64,000 nt of DNA, taken from the NCBI GenBank assembly GCA_020050355.1, contig JAGVKT010000036.1, forward strand, positions 1,115 to 65,114, in the 5' to 3' direction. The position numbers and the translations under genes are program-made. The notes beneath the pieces were generated by a model, which was given only the letters and a program-made list of their open reading frames with translations, was not told the DNA's origin and made no database searches. This document shows, piece by piece, positions 16,883 to 27,211 of the stretch; positions within the stretch are counted from its first letter, which is position 1; every line of letters begins with the position of its first letter. Source of the DNA: Gammaproteobacteria bacterium (GTDB lineage Bacteria; Pseudomonadota; Gammaproteobacteria; Francisellales; CACEW01).

Positions 16883-18349
16883 ATGCCAAAGGTTAATTTT
16901 CCAGTAGTAGGTACATTTGCGAGGGTCAAGCAGCGAGGTATTACCCCTGAGAGTACGATCAATATGTATCTTATCAATCAGGGAAATGAAAAAGTTCCAG
17001 ATACACTCATTAATGTACCTGGTTTTATAAGTTTAGAAAATACACCTTATTTTCCGTTTGGTGAAGTTGGTCGAATGCTTTATGTAGATGATCAACAAAC
17101 AATTTACGCGGTTGTAAGTGAATATGTATATAAGCTAACAACAACTTTCGAACCGATTTTATTGGGGACGCTTACGACAGATACAGGTTATGTGGATATT
17201 GAAGGAAATAATTCTGATCAAATTATGTTTGTAGACGGCGCTAATGGTTACATTTATAACATAACGACAAACACTTTTGGAAGAATTACTGATCCTGATA
17301 TTTTACCAAGCCCACAATCAGTAGCATTCTTAGATGGGCGATTTATTATCAATAGTGCGGGCACAAATCAGTGGCAAATCTCAGATTTAAATGATGGTAC
17401 GAGTTGGGATGCTTTAAATATTCAAGAACTTGAAACACAAAAAGATACGATTCAAGCAATTGCTGTTAATCAACGTATTATCTTTTTATTTGGAAATCAA
17501 GTTACTGAATGTTGGAATGATGTAGGAAATCCAGATTTTCCTTTTGCGCGTTTAGATACCATGAATTTCCAGGTGGGCGCAGCATCGACTGCTTCTGTTA
17601 CTCAAGCAGAAGGCTTATTGTTTTGGTTGGGTAGATCAACAAATGGAACTGCATCTGTGATGTTAAGTGATGGGGGTATGCCCATTGCTGTCAGTACCGT
17701 AGATGTTGATCAAGAAATAAATAATTATGCCTTAACCACTGATTGTGAAACTTACTATTTCAGAGAAAACGGTTATACGTTTTTGGCGGTTAATTTTACA
17801 ACCGAAGATCAGAGTTGGTTATATAACGTTACCAATCGTACGTGGACAAAACAGAGTACGCATGAGGGTAATAGACATCGCATTAAAACCATTATTAATT
17901 ATGGTGAATTGAATTATGCACTTTCCTATGATGATGCTGATTTTTATGAAGTTTCTCAAGCGTATAACACTTTTGATGGCGATCCTATTGTTAAAGAGCG
18001 TATTACGCATAGATTTTTTGATCAAACTTTACGTGATATAAAAGTTTCATATATCGAAATTGATTGTTTACACGGTTTTGCCCCGCAAGCAGGTTCTCCT
18101 GAAAATCCCAATTATTCTGCCGATCCTTTTCTAGAATTATCTGTATCAAAAGATGCGGGTATTACTTTTGGTCCTAATGTCAGGGCTCCTATTGGCCGTG
18201 TTGGTAAAAGAGGCGTAAAGACATATTGGCACAATCTGGGAATTAATAAGGATTTTGTATTTAGGTTTAGATGTTATGCAAACGTAGATTTTTATTTAAG
18301 AGATATGTCGATTTTATACAGTTTAGCAGGGCCTCAAGGAAGAAGTTAA
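16883..18349 (+). CDS. Virion structural protein (tail tubular B/nozzle-like, uncertain)
   Basis: 488 aa beta-rich ORF in the structural operon; position only. Confidence 0.4.
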   Translation: MPKVNFPVVGTFARVKQRGITPESTINMYLINQGNEKVPDTLINVPGFISLENTPYFPFGEVGRMLYVDDQQTIYAVVSEYVYKLTTTFEPILLGTLTTDTGYVDIEGNNSDQIMFVDGANGYIYNITTNTFGRITDPDILPSPQSVAFLDGRFIINSAGTNQWQISDLNDGTSWDALNIQELETQKDTIQAIAVNQRIIFLFGNQVTECWNDVGNPDFPFARLDTMNFQVGAASTASVTQAEGLLFWLGRSTNGTASVMLSDGGMPIAVSTVDVDQEINNYALTTDCETYYFRENGYTFLAVNFTTEDQSWLYNVTNRTWTKQSTHEGNRHRIKTIINYGELNYALSYDDADFYEVSQAYNTFDGDPIVKERITHRFFDQTLRDIKVSYIEIDCLHGFAPQAGSPENPNYSADPFLELSVSKDAGITFGPNVRAPIGRVGKRGVKTYWHNLGINKDFVFRFRCYANVDFYLRDMSILYSLAGPQGRS

Positions 18350-18645
18350 TGTTTAATCAAATAAGTATTCAAAATCAAATAAGACCCCCCTTACAAGATG
18401 AGGTAGTGGGAACAGATCGGATCGTGACAAGCATATGGTTACGCTATTTTAATAATTTATATCAGCTATTAGTTGCCATCTTGCAGAAGGGTATCAGTTT
18501 GCCATCATTAACAACATCGCAACGCGATAGTGATTCTTCTTATAACCAACAAAGATGGTTATACATCACCGATGCAGCAGCCGGTAAAGAAGTACAAATA
18601 AATATCAATGGAATTTGGTATTACGCAACATTAACGGCTGTTTAG
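18349..18645 (+). CDS. Small virion-associated protein (98 aa)
   Basis: ATG at 18349 overlaps the upstream TAA. The track start at 18271 would overlap the previous gene by 79 nt. Confidence 0.4.
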   Translation: MFNQISIQNQIRPPLQDEVVGTDRIVTSIWLRYFNNLYQLLVAILQKGISLPSLTTSQRDSDSSYNQQRWLYITDAAAGKEVQININGIWYYATLTAV

Positions 18646-18654
18646 GAGAGTTTT

Positions 18655-19377
18655 ATGTCATGGCAAGCATCTATTCAACAAATGTTTAATAACCCCGATA
18701 ATTCTCTTAATTCTATTAATCCAGGAGGAAGTAGCGCATCGATGTTCACGATGAATCCCTGGATGATGGGGGGCGCGGGATTAGCGAGTTTATTGGGAGG
18801 TATTTTTAATAAAAGCGGCGCTGATAATCTGGGTAGTAATATCCGACAGGGCATGGGAGATATTACCAATTATGCAAATCAGGGGTTGGCATTTTTAGAT
18901 CCTTATAATCAAGCAGGTCAAGCTGCGCTGGGTCAATATAGTCAAGCGCTTAATGGAATGTCTAATCCTGTTGATTATGTAAATAACATTATGGGTCAGT
19001 ATAAACAGTCTCCTCAATCTCAATTCAATACGCAAGAAATGTTGAGAGCGGCAAATAATGCATCAGCTGCAAGCGGACAATTAGGATCCCCTGCTGAACA
19101 GATGGCAATTAGTAGATATCAAAATCAAATTGACAGCACAGATCAACAGCAATTTTTGAATAATGCATTGGGGGTTAATTCTCAATATATGGGAGGATTA
19201 CAAGGTTTAGCTGGTATGGGTTATGGTGCAGCGGGTCAAATGAATCAAAATCGTTTAGGTTTGGGAGATGAAATGGCCCAAATGTATCAAAACTTAGGCA
19301 TGGCTAATATGTATGGAAATCAATCCATGGGTAGTGGTATTGGAGGATTTTTAGGCGGTTTAGCGAGTTTATTATAA
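18655..19377 (+). CDS. Gly/Gln/Asn/Met-rich low-complexity virion protein (candidate internal/ejection protein)
   Basis: Composition and position. Confidence 0.4.
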   Translation: MSWQASIQQMFNNPDNSLNSINPGGSSASMFTMNPWMMGGAGLASLLGGIFNKSGADNLGSNIRQGMGDITNYANQGLAFLDPYNQAGQAALGQYSQALNGMSNPVDYVNNIMGQYKQSPQSQFNTQEMLRAANNASAASGQLGSPAEQMAISRYQNQIDSTDQQQFLNNALGVNSQYMGGLQGLAGMGYGAAGQMNQNRLGLGDEMAQMYQNLGMANMYGNQSMGSGIGGFLGGLASLL

Positions 19378-19389
19378 AGGGGTAGGATA

Positions 19390-20502
19390 ATGGTAGCACC
19401 ACTTGGACAATTACAATTAGCTAGTTCTTTGGAAAATCCTGTATTAAGTGGATTTCAACAAGGATTACAAACAGCATTGTTGCCACAAACAACAGCCGCG
19501 GATATGGCTGCAAAAATGGCGCTTGCGCAATATAATCAAGCTCGGGGAGGATATTACGACCAATATGGTAATTATCGACAAGCGCAATCTGATTATTTGA
19601 TACCTTCTCAGGCGCTCGTTAATCAGCAAAAGGCTAATGTTTTATATCCTGCTATTGCACAGCAGCGCCAGGCGCAAGCACAACAAGTCCAAGCTTTAAC
19701 GCAGCCAAAAGCTAATTTAGTACAAGCACAAACACAACAAGCATTAGCAGGTGGGCCAAGAGGGCAATTAATTAATAATTTGCTAGCAAATCAAAATGGT
19801 CTTCCATCAAACATTGGGAATCAAGCAGCAATTGCTACTGTTTTACAAGGGGCGACGCCTGAAGTAAAACGTAATTTTGCATATCAAGCTGCTCAAGGAA
19901 ATATTCCATTACAACAATCCATTCAGGGTGCTAATTTAAAAGCTACTAGTAATCAACAATTATTGCGTCAGCAAGCAGCTATGGAACAATTCGATTCTGC
20001 TGTGCAACCTATGCTTCAAGATGTGGGTAATGCAGTAGCCCATTATAGTGGTCCTGGCGGTGCTTTAAGATTAAGAGGAGATCAATTAAAGCAAGCCAGT
20101 GGAGGTAAACCTTCTCCTGAATATAGTGCTTATTTAACCGCTGTTCAAACACAAATACCTTTAATTGCTGATAATGCAAGAAAGGTTTTGGGTGCGCAAG
20201 CATCTGATGCTATGCAGGAACAATTACAGGGAATAGTTGGTCCAGGAGGTAAATTAGATATGAAAGCTTTTGCTTTAATGCCGCCTCAGGTTGTTTATGA
20301 CAAATTAAATTCATTTAGTAATTATTTAACCAAAGAAGCCCAGGTTGGTAGAAATTTTGTAGGTCCATTAAGTTTAAACCCAGATAAACAAAATCCTATA
20401 GAAGCTCCAGAAAAAATTGGTCCTCAAACTGGCAATCCACCTCCGGGAATGTCAAAAGCAGAGTTTACAAAGTGGTATTTGCAGAATAATGGAGGGCGCT
20501 AA
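19390..20502 (+). CDS. Gln/Ala-rich virion protein (candidate internal/ejection protein)
   Basis: Composition and position. Confidence 0.4.
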   Translation: MVAPLGQLQLASSLENPVLSGFQQGLQTALLPQTTAADMAAKMALAQYNQARGGYYDQYGNYRQAQSDYLIPSQALVNQQKANVLYPAIAQQRQAQAQQVQALTQPKANLVQAQTQQALAGGPRGQLINNLLANQNGLPSNIGNQAAIATVLQGATPEVKRNFAYQAAQGNIPLQQSIQGANLKATSNQQLLRQQAAMEQFDSAVQPMLQDVGNAVAHYSGPGGALRLRGDQLKQASGGKPSPEYSAYLTAVQTQIPLIADNARKVLGAQASDAMQEQLQGIVGPGGKLDMKAFALMPPQVVYDKLNSFSNYLTKEAQVGRNFVGPLSLNPDKQNPIEAPEKIGPQTGNPPPGMSKAEFTKWYLQNNGGR

Positions 20503-22550
20503 TGGCTACTCAATCTGATATTGATTCAGCTTATGAAAAATACCAACAACAAACAGCTTCTCAAAAAAATATCTCTTCCGATGATATTGATTCTGCTTAT
20601 CAAAAGTATCTTAATGGACAATTAGATCAACAAGCTGCTAATTTTCCTCAGCCGCAATCAACAGCAGATAAAATAAGAGGACATTTAAAATCAGTTGGGG
20701 CCGGATTACTTCAACCTTCAATTAATTTGGCATCTGGTATTCAAACAGAGGTAAACCAAACTATAAAAGCTATTGATCCATCTTATCATATGATGACCCC
20801 TGTTAATGCAGACCCAAACTTACAACTTGTAGCTAATGCTCCTAATCAAAGTGAAGCAAATCTCGCCCAAATACCTGGAGCTTTTTTAGCTCCAGGAGGA
20901 AATGCCGTAAAAGCTTTCGATACATTGAAAGGATCAATAGGAGCTGCCGGTGCATTAGGAGGGTTATATGGACTAGGATATGGTAAAGCGGCGAATCCTG
21001 ATAGTAGTAGTTTATACGATGTCGCAACTGGAATAGCTACGGGAGCAGGATTACAGGGGGCATTAAGAGGAATAGGAAGCGTTGCACAAAATCTTATTAA
21101 TAAACCATTAACTAGAATTCAACAGCAGGCTGAAAAGGAAAAATCTTTCGGGGTTCAAAATAGACCATTAACTCCTGCAGAAGCAAAACAAAGACTGCAA
21201 ACCGCACAACAAACTGGAATAAAACCTAGTTTAGGTACTTTAACAAATGATCCTCAAAGTATTCAATCTTTCGAAAATTCTGCATTTACGCCATTTAATA
21301 ATCAACAAACATATGCTGCAGAAAATATTGGGCGTGCTGATCAATTGGGCAGTGATATTTACAATGATTTAAATAGAGGGTTGAATAGAGAAGAAATTGC
21401 TCCTACGCTTACCAACGAAATTAACGATATTTTTAACGCTAAAAAAGCTCAATCTAAAGAAAATTATGACAACTTAGCTAATATGGCAGATCAAGTAGGT
21501 GTGCAAGGTAATCGTTCAAATGCACAAGCTTATGCTTTGGACCAACTCAGTAAATATCAAAACGCCAAAAACATGGGTAAATTAACAGCGCTTGATCCTG
21601 ATACCTTAGATATTTTAAAGACTGTTTCTAAAGACATCACTCCTACTGAAGAAACACCTTATACCTTTTCTGATTTAAAAGATGAACGCAGCATTGTGGG
21701 GGAAAAACTTAATCAACTACGTGAGTCTAATCCCAAAGCAACCACCGCAGAAAACATATTAAATAATTTGTATAGTAAATATTCGGATGATATGAATGAT
21801 ACATTACAGTATGGAAGTTTTAGAAGTCAAGAATTATTAGATTCTTGGAAAAAAGCCAATAATTTCCATAGAGATGAAGTAACCCCTTATTATCAAGGCA
21901 GATTACCTTATATCCTAAAAAATGAAACTCACGAAAAGATTACAAATGAATTAATTAATAATTCTAAATATAGGGATTTGATAGCATCTTTACCCGCTGA
22001 TACTAAGAAGTTATTATTAGGTTCCAAAATTGCGTCAACACTTCCTTCGGATGATTTTTCAGCCAATAAATTTTTGAGTGGATATAATAGAGTTGCTAAA
22101 ACTGCTAATATTACTCCTCTTACCATGGGTCTTACTCAAAATATTAATGGAACAGAAATTCCTATTAAAGATGCCTTAGATAAATTGTCAACTATTTCAG
22201 AAATGAATGAACCATTAAAAAAGATAAAATCAACTATTCCAACAGGATATGCTCTTAAAGGAGCACAACAAAGTGGTTTACCCGTGTCTTTAGGGGCGCT
22301 TATAGGTTTAGGTGCTCATGGGTCCTGGGGTGCATTAGCAGGAGCTGGAGCAGGTACAGCTTATGCTGGTATAAAAGGACGTTTAACTAGTAATTATTTG
22401 AAAAATCCTGAAGTATTACGGGCTTATTCTAATCCCCTGCAGAGAGCAGAAATCCTAAAAAATGCTTATCCATTGATCAATAAAGTACCGGCAAACTTAC
22501 CCGCAGGACTTAACGCTATGTTAAATTATTTTATTAATCAAAACCAATAA
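20502..22550 (+). CDS. Large virion protein (682 aa; candidate ejection/internal core protein, tape-measure not excluded)
   Basis: Helical Q/N-rich protein with C-terminal Gly-rich hydrophobic segments (GLPVSLGALIGLGAHGSWGALAGAGAGTAYAG). No tail tube, sheath or chaperone genes are nearby. Confidence 0.4.
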   Translation: MATQSDIDSAYEKYQQQTASQKNISSDDIDSAYQKYLNGQLDQQAANFPQPQSTADKIRGHLKSVGAGLLQPSINLASGIQTEVNQTIKAIDPSYHMMTPVNADPNLQLVANAPNQSEANLAQIPGAFLAPGGNAVKAFDTLKGSIGAAGALGGLYGLGYGKAANPDSSSLYDVATGIATGAGLQGALRGIGSVAQNLINKPLTRIQQQAEKEKSFGVQNRPLTPAEAKQRLQTAQQTGIKPSLGTLTNDPQSIQSFENSAFTPFNNQQTYAAENIGRADQLGSDIYNDLNRGLNREEIAPTLTNEINDIFNAKKAQSKENYDNLANMADQVGVQGNRSNAQAYALDQLSKYQNAKNMGKLTALDPDTLDILKTVSKDITPTEETPYTFSDLKDERSIVGEKLNQLRESNPKATTAENILNNLYSKYSDDMNDTLQYGSFRSQELLDSWKKANNFHRDEVTPYYQGRLPYILKNETHEKITNELINNSKYRDLIASLPADTKKLLLGSKIASTLPSDDFSANKFLSGYNRVAKTANITPLTMGLTQNINGTEIPIKDALDKLSTISEMNEPLKKIKSTIPTGYALKGAQQSGLPVSLGALIGLGAHGSWGALAGAGAGTAYAGIKGRLTSNYLKNPEVLRAYSNPLQRAEILKNAYPLINKVPANLPAGLNAMLNYFINQNQ

Positions 22551-22555
22551 TAAGA

Positions 22556-22696
22556 TTAAGATTTATGTTCTAGTTTTTTACGTATCTCTTCAAGTTTGTT
22601 CCATAGATCCGTAAATGAAAGGTAGATTATATAATAAGTATAGCCAAACCCTCCAATAATTAGTAAAAATAATGTCCATATTGTTGAGTTAGACAT
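22556..22696 (-). CDS. 46-aa single-TM protein encoded antisense to the structural operon (below the track cutoff)
   Basis: Hand-translated MSNSTIWTLFLLIIGGFGYTYYIIYLSFTDLWNKLEEIRKKLEHKS, with an AAGGA RBS about 7 nt upstream. It lies in the 297-nt gap between structural transcription units. Confidence 0.4.
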   Translation of the reverse strand: MSNSTIWTLFLLIIGGFGYTYYIIYLSFTDLWNKLEEIRKKLEHKS

Positions 22697-22759
22697 TTTA
22701 GTTCCTTTTATTAATTTTCTGCATATTTATTATACATAAATACATATAAAAGTCAACAA

Positions 22760-22788
22760 AAATAATAAATACCATGTAAATATTGCCA
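22760..22788 (+). promoter_or_regulatory. Conserved 29-nt late-operon element, copy 2
   Basis: AAATAATAAATACCATGTAAATATTGCCA matches 9039-9067 at 27 of 29 positions. It is followed by TTACGA (22791-22796) and TATTAA (22811-22816), upstream of the fibre gene ATG at 22848. Confidence 0.55.
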
Positions 22789-22847
22789 TCTTACGACATC
22801 ACTGAAGTCATATTAAATTTGGCTAAATTTATAATAGTAGCTAAAGA

Positions 22848-25445
22848 ATGTCTTTTGGCGTTTTTATACAGCCCAATCCAGTCTGGGCTTTTTTAGATCA
22901 AGCCGCTCTGCCAGCTGCAGGTGGATTTATCTATACCTATGAATCATCAGATCATCAGACACCTAAAGCTACTTATCAAAATAATGATTTAAACGCTCTT
23001 GTACCTTGGTCCAACCCTATTACCTTAGATGCAACTGGTAAACAAGCAGACGAAGCGACCGATATTTGTTATCCCATATTTTGGGCAGATGATGCGCCTT
23101 ATTACATAGAAATTACCGATAGTGACAATAACATCATATTTCAAGGAGATGGTTTTCCTTGGAATGGTTCAAATGAACCTGTTATAAGTGAAATCGATAT
23201 TGAAAACTATTTTATTAACGCTCAACTCTATTTTGATAATGCTGAAGTCATAGATACTGATGGTGATAGAGGGTTTAATGATTTACCCGCATCGGAATTG
23301 AGTATTGCGCCTGATAATTGGTTTTTTATCAAAAATAATACATCAGCTACCGATACTATTACTATTGTTGACTTTAGCGCGGGTCAAACTGAAGTACTCA
23401 ATAATCCCAAAGCTTATTTTATTTATAATTGTACAGTCCCTGGAACTTCAGAAACCCAGAAAAAATATTATTACAAATTTGGATCTGTAAGACAGTTTGC
23501 GAATGAAACTATAAATATACAGTTTTACGCTAGGTCTACGCTCTCAAGTCAATTATCGGTAACGTATACACAGTATTTTGGTACCGGAGGATCTCCCTCA
23601 GCAACCAATACTCAACCTATTACCACGCAAAGTTTAACGGGTAATTGGGTTATTTATCAGGTCTCTGTCGAAATTGATGATCTTACGAGTAAAAATATTG
23701 GTACTAATGGAGATGATTATTTATCCATTGATTTTAATATGCCATTTAATAGCGTTGCCAATGTGCAATTATCAAATATGTGTTTACGTTTCGGCGATAC
23801 TTTTATAGATATTCAAGAAGAATCTGTAAATATTACTTCGGAAGAAATAAAAGCATCTTCATTACCCTTACCACGTTCTGTTAACTGGGATGATGGTAAT
23901 TATGAGTTGATGATGATTTCAGGGGTGCAAACATGGGTTGCCTGTGCGGGAAGGGGGTGTGAATGGTACACGAATGCTGCACCAAGTTATGCATTATTAC
24001 AAAACGGTTTGCCTTATTATTCTTCACAATACTATAACTTAGCGAATTATTTATATCAGTCTTCTAGTTTGTCCTTACCTTTTTCGTATGGCCCTCAAGG
24101 ATTTACGGTATCAATTGCCACCGCAACACTTACTATAACTTGCGTAACAAATGGTGCTGTTACTTCTGGATCAGCAGGAACTTCTGGATTCTCTTTTACT
24201 CAAACCAGCAATGGTAGTGGCTCGACTCCTGGAATAGTGACTCTTGTTGTTAATGCTGCATCTACTATTTTGCCTGGAGAGTATTTTTTAATAAATAGTC
24301 CTTCAACGAGTTATTTTGTTTATTTTAGTCAAAATAATGAGACGAAAAATCCACAAGCAACGACGCCGGCTTTGAGTGGGAAAACCGCAATAAAAGTTTC
24401 GTATACAGGTTCAGAAACAGATGCACAGTTAGCGGCGCTAATATTAATCCAATTAGAAATCGCTCATTTTAGGGTTCCTGATCAACGCGGTTTAACAAGC
24501 CGTATGCCAGATTTTGGTGCAACTGCTGTATTCCCTGTTGCTTCTCAATTAAAGATTAGGTCCTTGGGTAATGATAGTGGCGTAACTTTTGCAATTGTGG
24601 GATTAGATGTAAATGGTGCTGCATCATCAGAAAACCTAACGGGTGCAAATGTTGGAACAGCCACCTCTGTTAATACTTATTCAGCAATAACATCAGTAAC
24701 GCCTAATATAAATACGGCATCTTTTGTTGCGATGGGTGATTCAACCTTAACGCAAGGTATTTCTCAATTCCAGTTGGGTTTTGCAAGTGTACCTACACCA
24801 TTAAATGGTAATTATGGTCGCGATCCTGATTACTATACGCAGTCTGGTTTTTGGGCTTATTATCCGATTTATTTGAATCAAGTAACTCCGGGAGTAACTC
24901 CAGCTGATGATCAAACAGGAGATTATATTGCTATTGTTTCAGTAGGAAATGATTCCGGTATAAATTTTGTTATCAGGGGATATACCGATAATGGTGCTTA
25001 TGCTGTAGAAACAATAGCAGGTACTAATGCGGGAACTGTACCATCTGCAAATCTTTATTCTATTGTTATATCTATCACTCCTACAGGAAATACAGCATCG
25101 ACAGTAACTGCTAAATTTTTCAATCATGGAATAGCAGATGGTATTTGTTTATCTCAATCTGGAACAACTAATACCGCTTTAAATATCAATGGTGCTTATG
25201 CGGCTTATCCTGCAAACGCTCGTACTTCTCTTTATGCAGGTGGTGCTAAGGGCGACAACGTTGGTTCATTACAAATAGATTCTATTCGTGCACACGAGCA
25301 CTCATTCCCAGAAAGCGGTGGCGCAGGGATTAAAGGATTTAGTTCTGCAGCCAGTGATGGATTCTCTACCTTTAGCACACAACCGAACTATGGAAATGAA
25401 ACACGTATTAAAAATATTTACGTTAACAAGATTATTTATTTTTAA
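22848..25445 (+). CDS. Tail fibre protein with tail-collar-type motifs and two internal repeat modules
   Basis: Tail-collar signatures FRVPDQRG, SLQIDSIRAHEHSF and C-terminal NETRIKNIYVNKIIYF. Two repeats of about 65 aa, (I)xSxGNDSGxxFxIxG...GxNxGT...I(T/S)xTP. Confidence 0.7.
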   Translation: MSFGVFIQPNPVWAFLDQAALPAAGGFIYTYESSDHQTPKATYQNNDLNALVPWSNPITLDATGKQADEATDICYPIFWADDAPYYIEITDSDNNIIFQGDGFPWNGSNEPVISEIDIENYFINAQLYFDNAEVIDTDGDRGFNDLPASELSIAPDNWFFIKNNTSATDTITIVDFSAGQTEVLNNPKAYFIYNCTVPGTSETQKKYYYKFGSVRQFANETINIQFYARSTLSSQLSVTYTQYFGTGGSPSATNTQPITTQSLTGNWVIYQVSVEIDDLTSKNIGTNGDDYLSIDFNMPFNSVANVQLSNMCLRFGDTFIDIQEESVNITSEEIKASSLPLPRSVNWDDGNYELMMISGVQTWVACAGRGCEWYTNAAPSYALLQNGLPYYSSQYYNLANYLYQSSSLSLPFSYGPQGFTVSIATATLTITCVTNGAVTSGSAGTSGFSFTQTSNGSGSTPGIVTLVVNAASTILPGEYFLINSPSTSYFVYFSQNNETKNPQATTPALSGKTAIKVSYTGSETDAQLAALILIQLEIAHFRVPDQRGLTSRMPDFGATAVFPVASQLKIRSLGNDSGVTFAIVGLDVNGAASSENLTGANVGTATSVNTYSAITSVTPNINTASFVAMGDSTLTQGISQFQLGFASVPTPLNGNYGRDPDYYTQSGFWAYYPIYLNQVTPGVTPADDQTGDYIAIVSVGNDSGINFVIRGYTDNGAYAVETIAGTNAGTVPSANLYSIVISITPTGNTASTVTAKFFNHGIADGICLSQSGTTNTALNINGAYAAYPANARTSLYAGGAKGDNVGSLQIDSIRAHEHSFPESGGAGIKGFSSAASDGFSTFSTQPNYGNETRIKNIYVNKIIYF

Positions 25446-25458
25446 AGGAGTTTATTAA

Positions 25459-26130
25459 ATGTACTACGATAAACAAAATTGGGATCAATCAATACTTTTA
25501 GAATCACAAGCCGCTGATCCTGATGGAATTAGTCTTGCAAGTACCTATTCTGCAGGCGAATTACCGCTTAATGGAGCGCTCACATCAGGTGGGTCTTATA
25601 CAAATAATATCGGGAACTTCATCACTATTGTTTGTGGGGGTGATGAAACCGCCAATATATTTACGATTACTGGTAAAGATCAAGCCGGTCGTACATGGAT
25701 AGTAAATAGCCCCGGTGCAAATGCAGGTACTGTAACTATTGATGTGCCTTTTGTAACCATAAGTTCCATTGTTATGGAAGATAATGCTGCTGGAAACGTC
25801 AGTATAGGTATTTCTGCCCAAAACGCTACCGTTTGGATTCCTATTGATAAGAGACGTCAATATCTAATGTTAGGAATGGACGTTTATGTAAGTAGCGGTG
25901 CCACTCTTAACTATACCGTTGAATATACGCGCCAATCAGTAAGAGGCGATCTTCCACCTACAAGAATTTTTGCAGATGCAAATTTAGCAGCTGAAACTGC
26001 TTCTGGATATACGAGTCAATTAGAGCCGTGGACTGCTGTACGTCTTCGTTTTAATTCCTGGACAACTGGAAACGCTGTATTTGAAACACAACAAGCTGAT
26101 GACATGCATTCTTCATATAAAGGGTATTAG
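25459..26130 (+). CDS. Fibre-associated protein carrying a third copy of the repeat module
   Basis: NFITIVCGGDETANIFTITGKDQAGRTWIVNSPGANAGTVTIDVPFVTISSIVMEDNAAGNVSIG aligns by eye to the two repeats in the upstream fibre gene. Confidence 0.5.
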   Translation: MYYDKQNWDQSILLESQAADPDGISLASTYSAGELPLNGALTSGGSYTNNIGNFITIVCGGDETANIFTITGKDQAGRTWIVNSPGANAGTVTIDVPFVTISSIVMEDNAAGNVSIGISAQNATVWIPIDKRRQYLMLGMDVYVSSGATLNYTVEYTRQSVRGDLPPTRIFADANLAAETASGYTSQLEPWTAVRLRFNSWTTGNAVFETQQADDMHSSYKGY

Positions 26131-26159
26131 AAATTAATTAAAACACAGGAGTATTAAAA

Positions 26160-27176
26160 ATGTCTTTATATAACTATTTTTTAACCTATAAGGATGATGT
26201 ATTACCAGCAACCAATAGCGTTCTTGTTTATTCAAGCGAAGGCAGTGGAAAAATGGTTAGTACACCCCTTTTGGTAAACCCAGAAACTGGAGCTTTTACT
26301 TTAACGGGAGACTTTACTGTATCAGGTTCTGAAAGTGGGTCTAATCTTTCAATTAGTGTTACAAATACAGCAACAGCCGCAGCCTCTGGTGCATTTATTG
26401 GTGCTACTGTAACTGGTGCATCAAGTGGAGATGCTTATTACTTGGCACGTATTGCAGGCGGTCAGGCATGGACCTGGGGTCTTGATACATCTGCATCGGA
26501 TTCTTTTGTCTTAGCTGCGAGTGCGACATTAGGTACAAGCAATGTATTATCCATTTCAACTACAGGCGATATCGCTTTTTCCCTAGGAAATATTTCATTA
26601 ATTCGTTCCGCCATTGGAAATGATGTTTTTGTTAATGTTACCAACACTGATAATACGCAAGCTACATCAGATGCCGGTGTTTCTATCATAACCGGTGGTG
26701 CATCAGCTGGTGACCCCTATATTCTTATGGGAGTAAATGGTGCATCAAACTTTTCAGTAGGTATTGATAATAGTGCATCTGATAATTTTGTAATATCTGC
26801 TGCTGCAGGTTTGGGCATAAGTAATGTTCTTTCAATCACAAACCTCGGTGTGGTAAGCATTTTCAATAATTTAGTACTGGGTAATGCCGGAAATAGAATC
26901 CAATACACTTCAGGAGCAAATGCTGCTACAGGCACCGCAACTTTGGTTGCAGGTACGGTTACAGTATCAACAACAGCAGTAACAGCTAATAGCAAAATCA
27001 AACTCACAAGAGCAAGTATTGGAGCAACAGGAGCAGCCGCTACGGGTAATTTAGTAATAGGTACAGTGACAGCGGGTGTGTCATTCGTAATAAATTCTGT
27101 ACAAGCAGCTGACGCTACCGCATTACAAGCATCAGATGTCAGTACAGTTACTTGGGAAATAAGTGAATTGGTATAA
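26160..27176 (+). CDS. Fibre-like / receptor-binding candidate (338 aa, Ala/Ser/Thr/Gly-rich)
   Basis: Composition and position. The C-terminal ~85 aa are paralogous to the C-terminus of 27212-27706. Confidence 0.5.
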   Translation: MSLYNYFLTYKDDVLPATNSVLVYSSEGSGKMVSTPLLVNPETGAFTLTGDFTVSGSESGSNLSISVTNTATAAASGAFIGATVTGASSGDAYYLARIAGGQAWTWGLDTSASDSFVLAASATLGTSNVLSISTTGDIAFSLGNISLIRSAIGNDVFVNVTNTDNTQATSDAGVSIITGGASAGDPYILMGVNGASNFSVGIDNSASDNFVISAAAGLGISNVLSITNLGVVSIFNNLVLGNAGNRIQYTSGANAATGTATLVAGTVTVSTTAVTANSKIKLTRASIGATGAAATGNLVIGTVTAGVSFVINSVQAADATALQASDVSTVTWEISELV

Positions 27177-27211
27177 ATCTTTTAATAATTAATTTAATAC
27201 AGGAGAAAAAC

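Noticed and set aside
20502-22550. Tape-measure protein of a long-tailed phage
   Set aside because: Not adopted as the primary call. No major tail/tube, sheath, terminator or frameshifted chaperone genes precede it, and it follows two low-complexity proteins as podovirus ejection proteins do. It remains possible.
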